From the UHGV virus genome UHGV-0038498: a stretch of 64,000 nucleotides of DNA; one strand, given 5' to 3'. Every line of letters starts with the position of its first letter. Position 1 is the first letter of the stretch. A program made the position numbers and the translations under genes. Source of the stretch: a virus. Shown piece by piece: positions 10,173 through 19,657 of the stretch. The notes beneath the pieces were generated by a model, which was not told where the DNA came from, searched no databases, and saw only the letters and a list, made by a program, of their open reading frames with translations.

Positions 10173-11292
10173 TTTTAACCTTAACTGGGTCTATTGTTTC
10201 CAGTTTCGTTGCATTAGTGAACATATATAGATGAGTTACTGAATTATTATTGGATAATTCATGGATAACTTCATCAACGTAAAATTCTGTTTTAAATTGG
10301 TTTTTACTATCATTAAAAATAATTTTAACGCCAGGAGTCAAGTTAAAATTACCGACAGTAGAACATTTAGCATAGCCATCGTATTGTGCCATAGTTTGAA
10401 GACGAATAGCTTCTTCATATCCATTCCTATAAGTCATTTCAGAATAAGCACCTGACCTTGATACTACAATAGAGTTTTCTCCCTTTCCTGTAGTAATCAT
10501 TGGCAATGAAGAGTCTAAAAATGAATGCGCATAGATAGTAGCGTTTTTCATTGGGTCACGTTTGTGAGGATTTGATTTAGTCAACCAAACGAAATCATAC
10601 GCTAATGGATATTTTAATTCTTGGATGAATTGACCTATTAAAGATGGCTCACCGACAATCATTGGATATGGTTCTTGATTTATCATCATATCATAGTCCA
10701 TCATGTTAACTCCCATGATGTCTTGCCACACAAATACAAATTTGTCACTTCCTACAGCTAGAGCAACTTCTCTGACATATGACAAATAATTTTCAAATGT
10801 GCTGGTCCATGGAATATCAGGAACATAAGCATTTATTGCATTTATTGCTGGAGTTAATAACGTGCGATCCTGATAAATGACACCAAGCATTTCCTTTATA
10901 GATTCACCTGCATCAGAGAAAAACGGTCTGCCAAATTTAAGATTTTCTATAGAATGAATAGTTCCCAATTCAATAGCAATGATGTTATCACCCTTTGAAT
11001 CTACTGACACTGAAAAATGCTTACATCCATAAATTCGTGTTTTAACATTATTAATATCGTTTGCATTAGCTACAGAAATCTGAATTATTTCATTTCCATC
11101 CATTTTTGTATGGATATTTTTAGAATCATAAAACTGCAGCATTCCTTCATTTCGGCCATAAAGAGAATCCCGCATAGTTAATGTGGTAATAGTAGCAGCT
11201 AATTCAACAAATCTATTATTACTCCAAGCGTCGTAGCTATCAAATAATTTAACGCTGAGATTTGGATATCCTGGGCGTTGCAACATACTCAT
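10117..11292 (-). CDS. 27: baseplate hub subunit gp27
   Basis: 391-aa ORF starting [20 protein letters not shown], matches T4 gp27. Confidence 0.85.
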   Translation of the reverse strand: MSMLQRPGYPNLSVKLFDSYDAWSNNRFVELAATITTLTMRDSLYGRNEGMLQFYDSKNIHTKMDGNEIIQISVANANDINNVKTRIYGCKHFSVSVDSKGDNIIAIELGTIHSIENLKFGRPFFSDAGESIKEMLGVIYQDRTLLTPAINAINAYVPDIPWTSTFENYLSYVREVALAVGSDKFVFVWQDIMGVNMMDYDMMINQEPYPMIVGEPSLIGQFIQELKYPLAYDFVWLTKSNPHKRDPMKNATIYAHSFLDSSLPMITTGKGENSIVVSRSGAYSEMTYRNGYEEAIRLQTMAQYDGYAKCSTVGNFNLTPGVKIIFNDSKNQFKTEFYVDEVIHELSNNNSVTHLYMFTNATKLETIDPVKVKNEFKSDTTTEESSSSNKQ

Positions 11293-12041
11293 TATTGTTT
11301 ATCCTTCTCAATCAGTTTTAATACGAATCCGCGCTCAGCAGGAATCATTTTCATTATTGAATTTAAGCTATAATTACTTTTTACAAGTGTGTGATTAATT
11401 TGATAAAAAGTAAATATTTCATCTGGGTTAACTAATAGCTTAAACACATCTACTATATCAGTGTATTTTTTTACATACTTATTACAACATGACATATGCA
11501 ATGTTAAATTAATAGGATTCATTGCATCGAGAATTTTTTCTAATGTTTCTATCTCGATGGCATCAACAAGTTCTATTTGACTTGATTCACTAATTTCCTT
11601 CCAATCATACCATATTTCATCTACTTGAACAGAATGAATATTTTCAGTAATCATCTTTGCTTTATTTTCATAAAACTCAGAAGGAAACTTTAATTTAATT
11701 TTAACATTAGCTACATCAAAAACAGGCTCCTTTAATTCTTTTTGATATATTTCAAATGGAACTGTCTTTTCTTTTTTACATTTTGGACATACAAATGTGA
11801 CCGGTACTTTAGTTTTACCTATTGACCCTACAAATACCTGCAAAAATATAAATGGTTGCCAAGTCTTCGGATAGTCTCCAAAATAATCGGCAATTAAATC
11901 AGCAATTATTTCTTTTTGTTCTTGTGGTGACCGATGTTCTATATCGTTTCGAACTAACAAAAAATCTCGATAATCTTCTACCGTAAATGGTTTAAAACGA
12001 TGAACACCATCTGGTAATTTACAACGAATAATGTTTGCCAT
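11292..12041 (-). CDS. 51: baseplate hub assembly catalyst gp51
   Basis: 249-aa ORF, length and position as T4 gp51; CxxC...CxxC cysteine pairs. Confidence 0.8.
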   Translation of the reverse strand: MANIIRCKLPDGVHRFKPFTVEDYRDFLLVRNDIEHRSPQEQKEIIADLIADYFGDYPKTWQPFIFLQVFVGSIGKTKVPVTFVCPKCKKEKTVPFEIYQKELKEPVFDVANVKIKLKFPSEFYENKAKMITENIHSVQVDEIWYDWKEISESSQIELVDAIEIETLEKILDAMNPINLTLHMSCCNKYVKKYTDIVDVFKLLVNPDEIFTFYQINHTLVKSNYSLNSIMKMIPAERGFVLKLIEKDKQ

Positions 12042-12058
12042 AGATGCTCCTTTTATTC

Positions 12059-12070
12059 TATTTATAAATA
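12059..12070. promoter_or_regulatory. divergent overlapping late promoters for genes 51 (minus) and 26 (plus)
   Basis: TATTTATAAATA contains TATAAATA on both strands within the 50-nt divergent intergenic region. Confidence 0.6.
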
Positions 12071-12091
12071 TGATAAATAAAGGAGCTAAAT

Positions 12092-12718
12092 ATGTATGAA
12101 TACAAATTTGACGTGAGAGTTGGTTCTAAAATAATCAACTGTCGCGCATTTACTCTTAAAGAATATCTAGAACTTATTACTACTAAAAAGAACGGTTCAG
12201 TAGAAGAGATCGTTAAAAAGCTAATCAAAGACTGTACAAATGCAAAAGATTTAAACCGTCAAGAATCAGAACTACTGCTGATTCATTTATGGGCACATTC
12301 TCTTGGAGAAGTTAATCACGAAAACTCCTGGAAGTGCATCTGTGGAACTGAAATACCAACCCATATAAATCTATTACATACACAAATAGATGCACCAGAA
12401 GACCTCTGGTATACACTGGGTGACATTAAAATTAAGTTCCATTACCCTAAAATTTTTGATGATAAAAATATAGCCCACATGATAGTATCATGTATAGAAA
12501 CGATTCATGCTAACGGTGAAAGCATTCCAGTTGAAGACTTAAATGAAAAAGAATTGGAAGATTTATATTCTATCATCACAGAGTCAGATATTGTAGCTAT
12601 AAAAGATATGCTTTTAAAGCCTACTGTTTATTTGGCTGTTCCAATTAAGTGTCCAGAGTGTGGAAAAACTCACGCTCATGTAATAAGAGGACTCAAAGAA
12701 TTCTTTGAGCTATTGTAA
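12092..12718 (+). CDS. 26: baseplate hub subunit gp26
   Basis: 208-aa ORF divergent from gene 51, as in T4; late promoter TATAAATA at 12063-12070. Confidence 0.8.
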   Translation: MYEYKFDVRVGSKIINCRAFTLKEYLELITTKKNGSVEEIVKKLIKDCTNAKDLNRQESELLLIHLWAHSLGEVNHENSWKCICGTEIPTHINLLHTQIDAPEDLWYTLGDIKIKFHYPKIFDDKNIAHMIVSCIETIHANGESIPVEDLNEKELEDLYSIITESDIVAIKDMLLKPTVYLAVPIKCPECGKTHAHVIRGLKEFFELL

Positions 12719-13116
12719 TGGCAAATATTAATAAGCTTTATTCTGACATTGACCCAGAAATGAAAATGGATTGGGACAAAGACGTTTCCAGATCTCTTGG
12801 ATTAAGGTCAATTAAAAATAGCCTTTTAGGAATTATTACAACCAGGAAAGGGTCAAGGCCATTTGACCCGGAATTTGGATGTGATTTATCTGACCAGCTT
12901 TTTGAGAATATGACTCCTCTTACTGCTGATACTGTTGAGCGTAACATTGAAAGCGCAGTAAGAAACTACGAGCCTCGTATTGATAAATTAGCAGTTAATG
13001 TAATACCAGTTTATGATGATTATACTCTGATAGTAGAAATACGCTTTTCAGTCATCGATAACCCTGATGATATTGAGCAGATAAAACTGCAACTGGCTTC
13101 CAGTAACAGAGTATAA
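12718..13116 (+). CDS. 25: baseplate wedge / sheath initiator gp25
   Basis: 132-aa ORF, length as T4 gp25, coupled to gp26 by ATGA-type overlap. Confidence 0.85.
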   Translation: MANINKLYSDIDPEMKMDWDKDVSRSLGLRSIKNSLLGIITTRKGSRPFDPEFGCDLSDQLFENMTPLTADTVERNIESAVRNYEPRIDKLAVNVIPVYDDYTLIVEIRFSVIDNPDDIEQIKLQLASSNRV

Positions 13117-13142
13117 TGCTTCACGTATAAACGTGGTATAAT
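13117..13142 (+). promoter_or_regulatory. MotA-dependent middle promoter upstream of uvsY (oriF-type context)
   Basis: MotA-box-like TGCTTCA at 13117-13123, then TATAAT at 13137-13142. Confidence 0.5.
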
Positions 13143-13182
13143 GAATCTAAGTCCATCCAATAACAATTGAATAGAGAACAAT

Positions 13183-13596
13183 ATGAAATTAGAAGATCTT
13201 CAAGAAGAATTGAAGAAAGATGTGTTTATAGATTCGACTAAATTACAGTATGAAGCAGCTAATAATGTGATGTTATATAGTAAATGGCTTAATAAGCATT
13301 CAAGTATTAAAAAGGAAATGCTTAGAATTGAAGCACAGAAAAAAGTTGCTCTTAAAGCTAGATTAGACTACTACTCGGGACGAGGAGATGGTGATGAATT
13401 TAGTATGGACCGTTATGAGAAATCAGAAATGAAGACAGTTCTATCAGCTGATAAGGATGTTTTAAAAGTTGATACTTCATTGCAATATTGGGGAATTTTA
13501 TTGGATTTCTGTAGCGGAGCTCTTGATGCTATTAAATCACGCGGATTTGCTATTAAGCATATTCAAGACATGCGAGCATTTGAGGCTGGAAAATAA
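13183..13596 (+). CDS. uvsY: recombination mediator UvsY
   Basis: 137-aa ORF MKLEDLQEELKKDVFIDSTKLQYEAANN; T4 UvsY length and sequence. Confidence 0.9.
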   Translation: MKLEDLQEELKKDVFIDSTKLQYEAANNVMLYSKWLNKHSSIKKEMLRIEAQKKVALKARLDYYSGRGDGDEFSMDRYEKSEMKTVLSADKDVLKVDTSLQYWGILLDFCSGALDAIKSRGFAIKHIQDMRAFEAGK

Positions 13597-13820
13597 TGAA
13601 ATATAGCATTGATGATGCTTTTAATTATGAAGAAGAATTCGAAACGGAAATTCAATTCTTAATGAAAAAGTATAATCTCAAGCGTCAGGATATTCGTATC
13701 CTGGCCGACCACCCATGCGGTGAAGATGTACTTTATGTTAAAGGAAAATTTGCCGGATATCTCGATGAATATTTTTATTCTAAAGATATGGGCATTGATA
13801 TGCATATGAGAGTTATATAA
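13596..13820 (+). CDS. hypothetical protein (uvsY.-1 position, 74 aa)
   Basis: ORF coupled to uvsY stop. Confidence 0.5.
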   Translation: MKYSIDDAFNYEEEFETEIQFLMKKYNLKRQDIRILADHPCGEDVLYVKGKFAGYLDEYFYSKDMGIDMHMRVI

Positions 13821-13848
13821 ATAGATATATAATTTAGAGGAGACAATC

Positions 13849-14016
13849 ATGTCAGATAAGATTTGCGTTGTCTGTAAAACTCCAATCGATTCTGCATTGG
13901 TTGTTGAAACAGACAAAGGTCCTGTGCATCCTGGGCCTTGTTATAATTACATTAAAGAACTACCAGTTTCAGAAAGTTCGGAAGAACAATTAAATGAAAC
14001 ACAACTTTTGCTATAG
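13849..14016 (+). CDS. small Cys-containing protein (55 aa; uvsY.-2 position)
   Basis: Manually translated MSDKICVVCKTPIDS...HPGPC...; GAGGAG RBS 7 nt upstream; TATAAATA at 13816-13823; terminator hairpin 14040-14068. Below ORF-track size cut-off. Confidence 0.4.
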   Translation: MSDKICVVCKTPIDSALVVETDKGPVHPGPCYNYIKELPVSESSEEQLNETQLLL

Positions 14017-14039
14017 TGTGACCTTTAGTCTATAGTTTT

Positions 14040-14068
14040 GGCCCTTCCTTTTTGGTTGGGCCTTTTTT
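14040..14068 (+). terminator. terminator hairpin after small uvsY-distal ORF
   Basis: GGCCC...GGGCC stem followed by TTTTTT. Confidence 0.5.
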
Positions 14069-14071
14069 AAT

Positions 14072-14314
14072 TTAAAAGCTTTCTTCTACTTCATCGTCTG
14101 AATCTTCTAATTCAGCTCTTTTTCCTGCCAAAGCATCTCTCACAGAGATGTCATCAGTATCTTTTAATTCAGTTTCTTTAACTCTTTTCTTGTAATAAGC
14201 TTCAAGTTCTTCTAGACCTTCTATCGTTTGACAAGAGGCAATTTTACCCATAAATTCATCAATAGAAGCTTCATAAAGAAATTGTTTAAATTCTAGTAAC
14301 ATCTTTTTCTCCAA
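14072..14314 (-). CDS. UvsW.1 small acidic protein
   Basis: 80-aa ORF immediately downstream of uvsW on the same strand. Confidence 0.7.
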   Translation of the reverse strand: MEKKMLLEFKQFLYEASIDEFMGKIASCQTIEGLEELEAYYKKRVKETELKDTDDISVRDALAGKRAELEDSDDEVEESF

Positions 14315-14327
14315 AGGGCCGAAGCCC

Positions 14328-15836
14328 TTATAAATTAACTGTTTTCATTACGTAATTAAATTTTTCATCTGCGTAGCGCTGAATACGATCAATGCCGTGT
14401 TTTAAAAGATAGTTCAAATGAACATATTTCTTTTTCGTATTAGCAGATTTTGGCTTAACACCACAATCATCGATGAGATCCCAGACTGTTGCGATTGTTT
14501 TAGAACCATGCTTACGTAATACGCGACCTATTGTTTGCAATACGATAATTTTAGATTTAACACCGTGTGCTAAAACAACGTGATGCAGATTTTTAACTGA
14601 AATACCAGTAGAAAATACACCATAACTAGCTACTATAATTATTCCTTTACCGTTTTCAGCTAAGGTTTTCATTACGTTGCGGGTTTCGGTATCAACTTCT
14701 CCTGATACGTAATAAACTTTATCGTATTCATTTTTAATTAAATCGAAAATAGCTTTACCGTGCGATACATGTTTAAACATGACAAAAGCGTTTTCATCTT
14801 TTTGCGCAAGCTTAATAGCTAATTTAGCGATCCATTTATTTCTTTTACTGAGTCCAGTAATAATTTTTATTTCTTCTTGGTAAGTTTTTCCCTTTAATTT
14901 AGTAGTGAACTCATCGGGATAGCGAAGAAAAATACTATTAATTTTTAACTCAGTTACTTGTCCATCTTCCATTAATTTAGAAGTCGTTACTGGCTTAAAT
15001 ATTTCACCAAACATTCCAACATACTGCATGATATTAGCTTTGCCATCACGTAATGAACCAGATAAACCGAATTTGAACATGCAGTTATTTAAACCTGATA
15101 TGATAGATGAAATACTTTTTCCTGTAGCAAGATGGCATTCATCATTCATCATCATTCCAAACTGTGAGAACCATTCTTTTGGCTGTTTTACTACAGTTTG
15201 CCATGTACCAACAACGACTGGTGCATCATTTTTATATTTATCATCTTTTGATGCTCCACCGCCGATTTTCTTTATCATTGCATGGCTGAATAAACGATAG
15301 TCAACAAAGTCATCAGCCATCTGAGTTGTCAGAGCAGTTGTTGGAACAATGATAAGAATTTTACCTTCATAATTTTCCAAATAATACCGAGCGAGCAAAG
15401 CTTGAATTAAAGATTTACCTGCGGATGTTGGAAGATTAAGAATTCTACGACGATTAACTAATCCTTCGAACACTGCATCTTTTTGATACCAATGCGGTTC
15501 AATTCTTTTATTTCCTGAATAGATTTCTAATTTAGAAAGCCATTCATCAAAATCTTTTCTTGATAATTCTTCTTTTTCGTTAATCTGTGGGTCAATCCAG
15601 GCTTTATAGCCAAAGTTATCGCAGAACTTTTTAATTTGCCCGACTAAACCAAACGGAAGAAGGCGATTATAATCTAATAGACGGATTCGTCCATCCCAGT
15701 TGCCATATCTGAAGCGAGGATTAAACCTATATCCATCGGCCTCAAACGAAAAGAAATCTCTTAATTCGTGGAACGTGCTCTCTTCACAATCGATGCGTAC
15801 ATGACTGAAGTCGTGAAAATGTACTTTAATATCCAT
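14328..15836 (-). CDS. uvsW: UvsW RNA-DNA/DNA helicase (SF2)
   Basis: 502-aa ORF with helicase motifs (LPTSAGKS Walker A-like, DECH box, SGS, QTIGRVLR). Confidence 0.9.
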   Translation of the reverse strand: MDIKVHFHDFSHVRIDCEESTFHELRDFFSFEADGYRFNPRFRYGNWDGRIRLLDYNRLLPFGLVGQIKKFCDNFGYKAWIDPQINEKEELSRKDFDEWLSKLEIYSGNKRIEPHWYQKDAVFEGLVNRRRILNLPTSAGKSLIQALLARYYLENYEGKILIIVPTTALTTQMADDFVDYRLFSHAMIKKIGGGASKDDKYKNDAPVVVGTWQTVVKQPKEWFSQFGMMMNDECHLATGKSISSIISGLNNCMFKFGLSGSLRDGKANIMQYVGMFGEIFKPVTTSKLMEDGQVTELKINSIFLRYPDEFTTKLKGKTYQEEIKIITGLSKRNKWIAKLAIKLAQKDENAFVMFKHVSHGKAIFDLIKNEYDKVYYVSGEVDTETRNVMKTLAENGKGIIIVASYGVFSTGISVKNLHHVVLAHGVKSKIIVLQTIGRVLRKHGSKTIATVWDLIDDCGVKPKSANTKKKYVHLNYLLKHGIDRIQRYADEKFNYVMKTVNL

Positions 15837-15838
15837 AA

Positions 15839-16456
15839 TTATGCCTTACTAAATTTGCCTTTAGAGTCTCTTTTCATGAGACGACCTTTAATAAATCCGT
15901 CGGGAATAATACCGTCTGGTTGTATTAATTTATTTATTACGCCATTATTGACCCAAAAAGTTCCTGTAGTAGTCGGTTTAACTTTACATCCTTTTCTAGA
16001 CTTTCTATTAGGATGAACCATTCCTTTTACAAATCCTTCTGGAATAAGTTCTCCAGGTTTAATAAAAATATTTTTAGTTCCATTAGTGTAACAAGTTGTA
16101 CCTAATACCGTGCCCGGTGAGTTTTCAAATCTCTTAGCGGAAGATTCTTTCATCTTTGCTATAACCTCTGTAGTCATAACAATTCCACCAATTCCACCAG
16201 GTTTCATATTATAATAATTTTTGCTTTTTATTAGTTCAGGAGTTATAATTTCTTCTTCATACATGTACGCTTCTTCTGAAGTTTTAAACTCTTTTAGTAT
16301 TTTTCTAGAGAAATTGTTTTCACCATATTTCTTTATAGCCTGCTGAATTGCCTTACCGGAACCAAGGTAGCCATCATTCAAGTCGTCAGTAGAGTGCTTT
16401 CCTATATACTTTTTACCATTTATTAGATTTGTTGTTTCATATACAAAGTGGTACAT
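15839..16456 (-). CDS. GIY-YIG homing endonuclease (Seg-like), free-standing
   Basis: N-terminal HFVYETTNLINGKKYIGK (GIY-YIG module) and two C-terminal repeats NGxxNxFIKPGExIPEGFxKG typical of Seg DNA-binding tails. Confidence 0.8.
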   Translation of the reverse strand: MYHFVYETTNLINGKKYIGKHSTDDLNDGYLGSGKAIQQAIKKYGENNFSRKILKEFKTSEEAYMYEEEIITPELIKSKNYYNMKPGGIGGIVMTTEVIAKMKESSAKRFENSPGTVLGTTCYTNGTKNIFIKPGELIPEGFVKGMVHPNRKSRKGCKVKPTTTGTFWVNNGVINKLIQPDGIIPDGFIKGRLMKRDSKGKFSKA

Positions 16457-16505
16457 ACTATTTTCCGAGTAATAAATATATCTATATTTATACTGAGGAA
16501 ATATT

Positions 16506-17186
16506 ATGATAGATAAAGATTATATTGCAGAGCTGAAGGCTCTTGATGATAATAAAGAAGCTAAAGCTAAATTAGCTGAATATGCTGAACAGTTTGGTAT
16601 AAAGGTCAAAAAGAATAAATCTTTTGATAATATCGTTAATGATATTGAAGAAGCCCTCCAGAAGCTCGCTAGTGAACCTATGCCAGAGACTGATGGGTTA
16701 TCTATTAAAGACTTAATTAATGCTGCTGATGCTGCAGAGGGATTAAAATATGACGATGAAGAAGTCAATCCAGAAGCAGCACTTCTGATTGATTCTCCGG
16801 TTAAATCTGATATTAAAATTGAAGTAGTCGAAACGGATAAAATTCCTGAAAATACCGATGTTTTAATTGAAGATACTCCTTTTGTTGAAGAAAAATTCGA
16901 ACAGGCTGTAACTGAGATTATTGAATCTGAAAAGCCGTCTGTATTTACTCTTCCGGAAAACTTTAGTCCGAATCTTCAGTTGATTGGAAAAAATCCAGGA
17001 TTCTGCACTGTTCCTTGGTGGATTTATCAATGGATTGCTGAAACCCCAGATTGGAAATCTCACCCAACTAGTTTTGAACACGCGTCGGCACACCAAACTT
17101 TGTTTAGCTTAATTTATTACATTAATCGCGACGGATCAGTTCTAATTCGTGAAACACGTAATTCTTCTTTCGTAACATTAAAATAA
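16506..17186 (+). CDS. inh: Inh, inhibitor of prohead protease
   Basis: 226-aa ORF, length and position as T4 Inh. Confidence 0.75.
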   Translation: MIDKDYIAELKALDDNKEAKAKLAEYAEQFGIKVKKNKSFDNIVNDIEEALQKLASEPMPETDGLSIKDLINAADAAEGLKYDDEEVNPEAALLIDSPVKSDIKIEVVETDKIPENTDVLIEDTPFVEEKFEQAVTEIIESEKPSVFTLPENFSPNLQLIGKNPGFCTVPWWIYQWIAETPDWKSHPTSFEHASAHQTLFSLIYYINRDGSVLIRETRNSSFVTLK

Positions 17187-17195
17187 GGATAACTT

Positions 17196-18044
17196 ATGGC
17201 TTTTACAGTTGATATAACTCCTAAAACACCTACTGGAGTTATAGATCAGACTCAGCAGTTTACTGCTACACCCAGTGGTCAAACTGGAGATGGACCTATT
17301 ACATATGCCTGGACTGTAGACGACGCTCCACAGGAAGAAACGTCAGCAACTTTTAGTTATGTACTAAAAGGACCTGCCGGTCAAAAAACTATTAAAGTAG
17401 TTGCAACAAACCCAGTTCCAGAAGCTGAAGCTGAAACAGCTACAGTTACTACAACTATTACAGTTCAAAATAAGACACAGACGACTACATTAGCCGTAAC
17501 TCCTGCTACTCCTCCGGAAGGAGTAATCGGAACAGCCGTTGAATTTACCGCTGCCTTAGCTTCACAGCCACCAAGTGCATCTGCTACATATCAATGGTAC
17601 GTTGACGGTTCTCCTGTTAGTGAAGCAACTTCTGCTACATTCAATTACACTCCTTCGACAAGCGGAGTTAAAACAATTAAGTGTGTAGCTCAAGTAACTG
17701 CGGCAGATTATGATAGCAAAACTATCACAGCAGAAGGTCAAGTTCAGGTAACTGATAAAGTTGCTCCAGAACCAGAAGGTGAATTGCCTTATGTTCATCC
17801 TCTTCCACATCGTACTTCAGCTTATATCTGGTGCGGTTGGTGGGTTATGGATGAAATCCAAAAAATGACTGAAGAAGGTAAAGATTGGAAAACTGACGAC
17901 CCAGATAGTAAGTACTACTTGCATCGTTACACTCTTCAGAAGATGATGAAAGACTATCCAGAAGTTGATGTTCAAGAATCACGTAATGGATACATCATTC
18001 ATAAAACTGCTTTAGAAACTGGTATCATCTATACCTATCCATAA
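17196..18044 (+). CDS. hoc: Hoc outer-capsid decoration protein (two Ig-like repeats plus capsid-binding C-terminus)
   Basis: 282 aa; two internally similar ~90-aa segments (TPxTP...TATPSGQ / TPATPPEG...TAALASQ, each ending ...VKTIK[VC]VA), Thr-rich linkers, conserved C-terminal domain; followed by hairpin terminator. Confidence 0.75.
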   Translation: MAFTVDITPKTPTGVIDQTQQFTATPSGQTGDGPITYAWTVDDAPQEETSATFSYVLKGPAGQKTIKVVATNPVPEAEAETATVTTTITVQNKTQTTTLAVTPATPPEGVIGTAVEFTAALASQPPSASATYQWYVDGSPVSEATSATFNYTPSTSGVKTIKCVAQVTAADYDSKTITAEGQVQVTDKVAPEPEGELPYVHPLPHRTSAYIWCGWWVMDEIQKMTEEGKDWKTDDPDSKYYLHRYTLQKMMKDYPEVDVQESRNGYIIHKTALETGIIYTYP

Positions 18045-18050
18045 TCATAA

Positions 18051-18070
18051 GGGGCTTCGGCCCCTTTCTT
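18051..18070 (+). terminator. terminator after hoc
   Basis: GGGGC-TTCG-GCCCC then TTTCTT. Confidence 0.55.
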
Positions 18071-18133
18071 CATTTTGAAAGCACACAAAACACAATCAGA
18101 AAATGATGTATATAATGGCACCAACTCGATAAC

Positions 18134-18349
18134 ATGAGATTGATTATGAGAACTGAGGTTGTGGTGTTTACTCTTCATGAGTCTGGAAAGTCATTCATTG
18201 AAATTGCTCGTGAATTGAACTTACAGGCAAAGGAAGTGGCTGTATTATGGGCTCGAGCTATGACTGCTAAGAATAAATTTGAAACTCGAGAAAAAGTTGT
18301 CTATAGAAAAAGACATATTAATAAAAAGGTGAAAAATGGAACAGTATGA
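18134..18349 (+). CDS. hypothetical small basic protein with helix-turn-helix-like segment (24.3 position)
   Basis: 71-aa ORF; SFIEIARELNLQAKEVAVLWARA resembles an HTH. Confidence 0.45.
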   Translation: MRLIMRTEVVVFTLHESGKSFIEIARELNLQAKEVAVLWARAMTAKNKFETREKVVYRKRHINKKVKNGTV

Positions 18350-18614
18350 TCTTTATGAAAATGAATCTTTTGCTAATCGATTACGCGAAAAAGCACTTAA
18401 AAGTAAACAGTTTAAGCTAGAGTGTTTTATTAAAGATTTTTCGGAACTTGCTAATAAAGCAGCTGAACAAGGTAAAACATATTTTAGTTATTATTGTACT
18501 GCTCGCGATAAATTGATTACTGAAGAAATTGGTGATTGGCTGAGAAAAGAAGGATTTAGCTTTAAAGTCAATAGTGATCAGCGTGATGGTGATTGGTTAG
18601 AAATTACATTTTGA
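18336..18614 (+). CDS. hypothetical protein (24.2 position, 92 aa)
   Basis: ORF overlapping upstream ORF stop. Confidence 0.5.
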   Translation: MEQYDLYENESFANRLREKALKSKQFKLECFIKDFSELANKAAEQGKTYFSYYCTARDKLITEEIGDWLRKEGFSFKVNSDQRDGDWLEITF

Positions 18615-18623
18615 GGATTAATT

Positions 18624-19628
18624 ATGTTTAAAAAGTATAGCAGTCTTGAAAATCATTACAATTCTAAATTCATTGAAAAACTTTACAGTTTAGGATTGAC
18701 TGGCGGCGAATGGGTAGCTCGTGAAAAGATTCATGGTACAAACTTTTCATTGATTATTGAGCGTGATAAAGTAATTTGTGCTAAACGTACTGGTCCTATT
18801 CTTCCTGCTGAAGATTTCTTTGGGTATGAAATTATTTTGAAGAATTACGCTGATTCCATTAAAGCAGTACAAGATATTATGGAAACTTCAGCGGTTGTAT
18901 CTTATCAAGTCTTTGGCGAATTCGCTGGACCTGGCATTCAGAAGAATGTCGATTATGGCGATAAAGATTTTTATGTATTTGACATTATTGTTACTACAGA
19001 AAGTGGTGATGTGACTTATGTCGATGATTATATGATGGAATCATTCTGCAATACATTTAAATTTAAAATGGCTCCACTTTTAGGTCGCGGTAAATTTGAA
19101 GAGCTTATTAAATTGCCAAATGATTTAGATTCTGTCGTCCAAGATTATAATTTTACAGTAGACCATGCTGGATTAGTTGATGCAAATAAATGCGTTTGGA
19201 ATGCTGAAGCAAAAGGCGAAGTATTTACCGCTGAAGGATATGTATTGAAACCTTGTTATCCTTCTTGGATGCCTAATGGCAATCGCGTAGCTATCAAATG
19301 CAAGAACTCTAAATTTAGTGAAAAGAAAAAGTCTGATAAGCCTATTAAAGCTAAAGTTGAACTGTCAGAAGCTGATAACAAATTGGTTGGAATTTTAGCT
19401 TGCTACGTTACACTGAACCGAGTAAATAACGTTATTTCTAAAATTGGCGAAATTGGTCCAAAAGATTTTGGAAAGGTGATGGGACTAACTGTTCAAGATA
19501 TTTTGGAAGAAACTTCTCGTGAAGGTATTACTTTAGCTCAAGCGGATAATCCTTCTTTGATTAAGAAGGAATTAGTTAAAATGGTACAAGATGTACTTCG
19601 TCCGGCTTGGATTGAATTGGTAAGTTAA
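18624..19628 (+). CDS. rnlB: RNA ligase 2 (RnlB)
   Basis: 334-aa ORF with nucleotidyltransferase lysine motif ([11 protein letters not shown] = KxHGxN variant); T4 Rnl2 length. Confidence 0.9.
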   Translation: MFKKYSSLENHYNSKFIEKLYSLGLTGGEWVAREKIHGTNFSLIIERDKVICAKRTGPILPAEDFFGYEIILKNYADSIKAVQDIMETSAVVSYQVFGEFAGPGIQKNVDYGDKDFYVFDIIVTTESGDVTYVDDYMMESFCNTFKFKMAPLLGRGKFEELIKLPNDLDSVVQDYNFTVDHAGLVDANKCVWNAEAKGEVFTAEGYVLKPCYPSWMPNGNRVAIKCKNSKFSEKKKSDKPIKAKVELSEADNKLVGILACYVTLNRVNNVISKIGEIGPKDFGKVMGLTVQDILEETSREGITLAQADNPSLIKKELVKMVQDVLRPAWIELVS

Positions 19629-19635
19629 ATAAAAA

Positions 19636-19651
19636 GGGACCTTTCGGTCCC
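19636..19651. terminator. bidirectional terminator between rnlB and gene 24
   Basis: AAAAA-GGGACC-TTTC-GGTCCC-TTTGTTTT. Confidence 0.6.
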
Positions 19652-19657
19652 TTTGTT

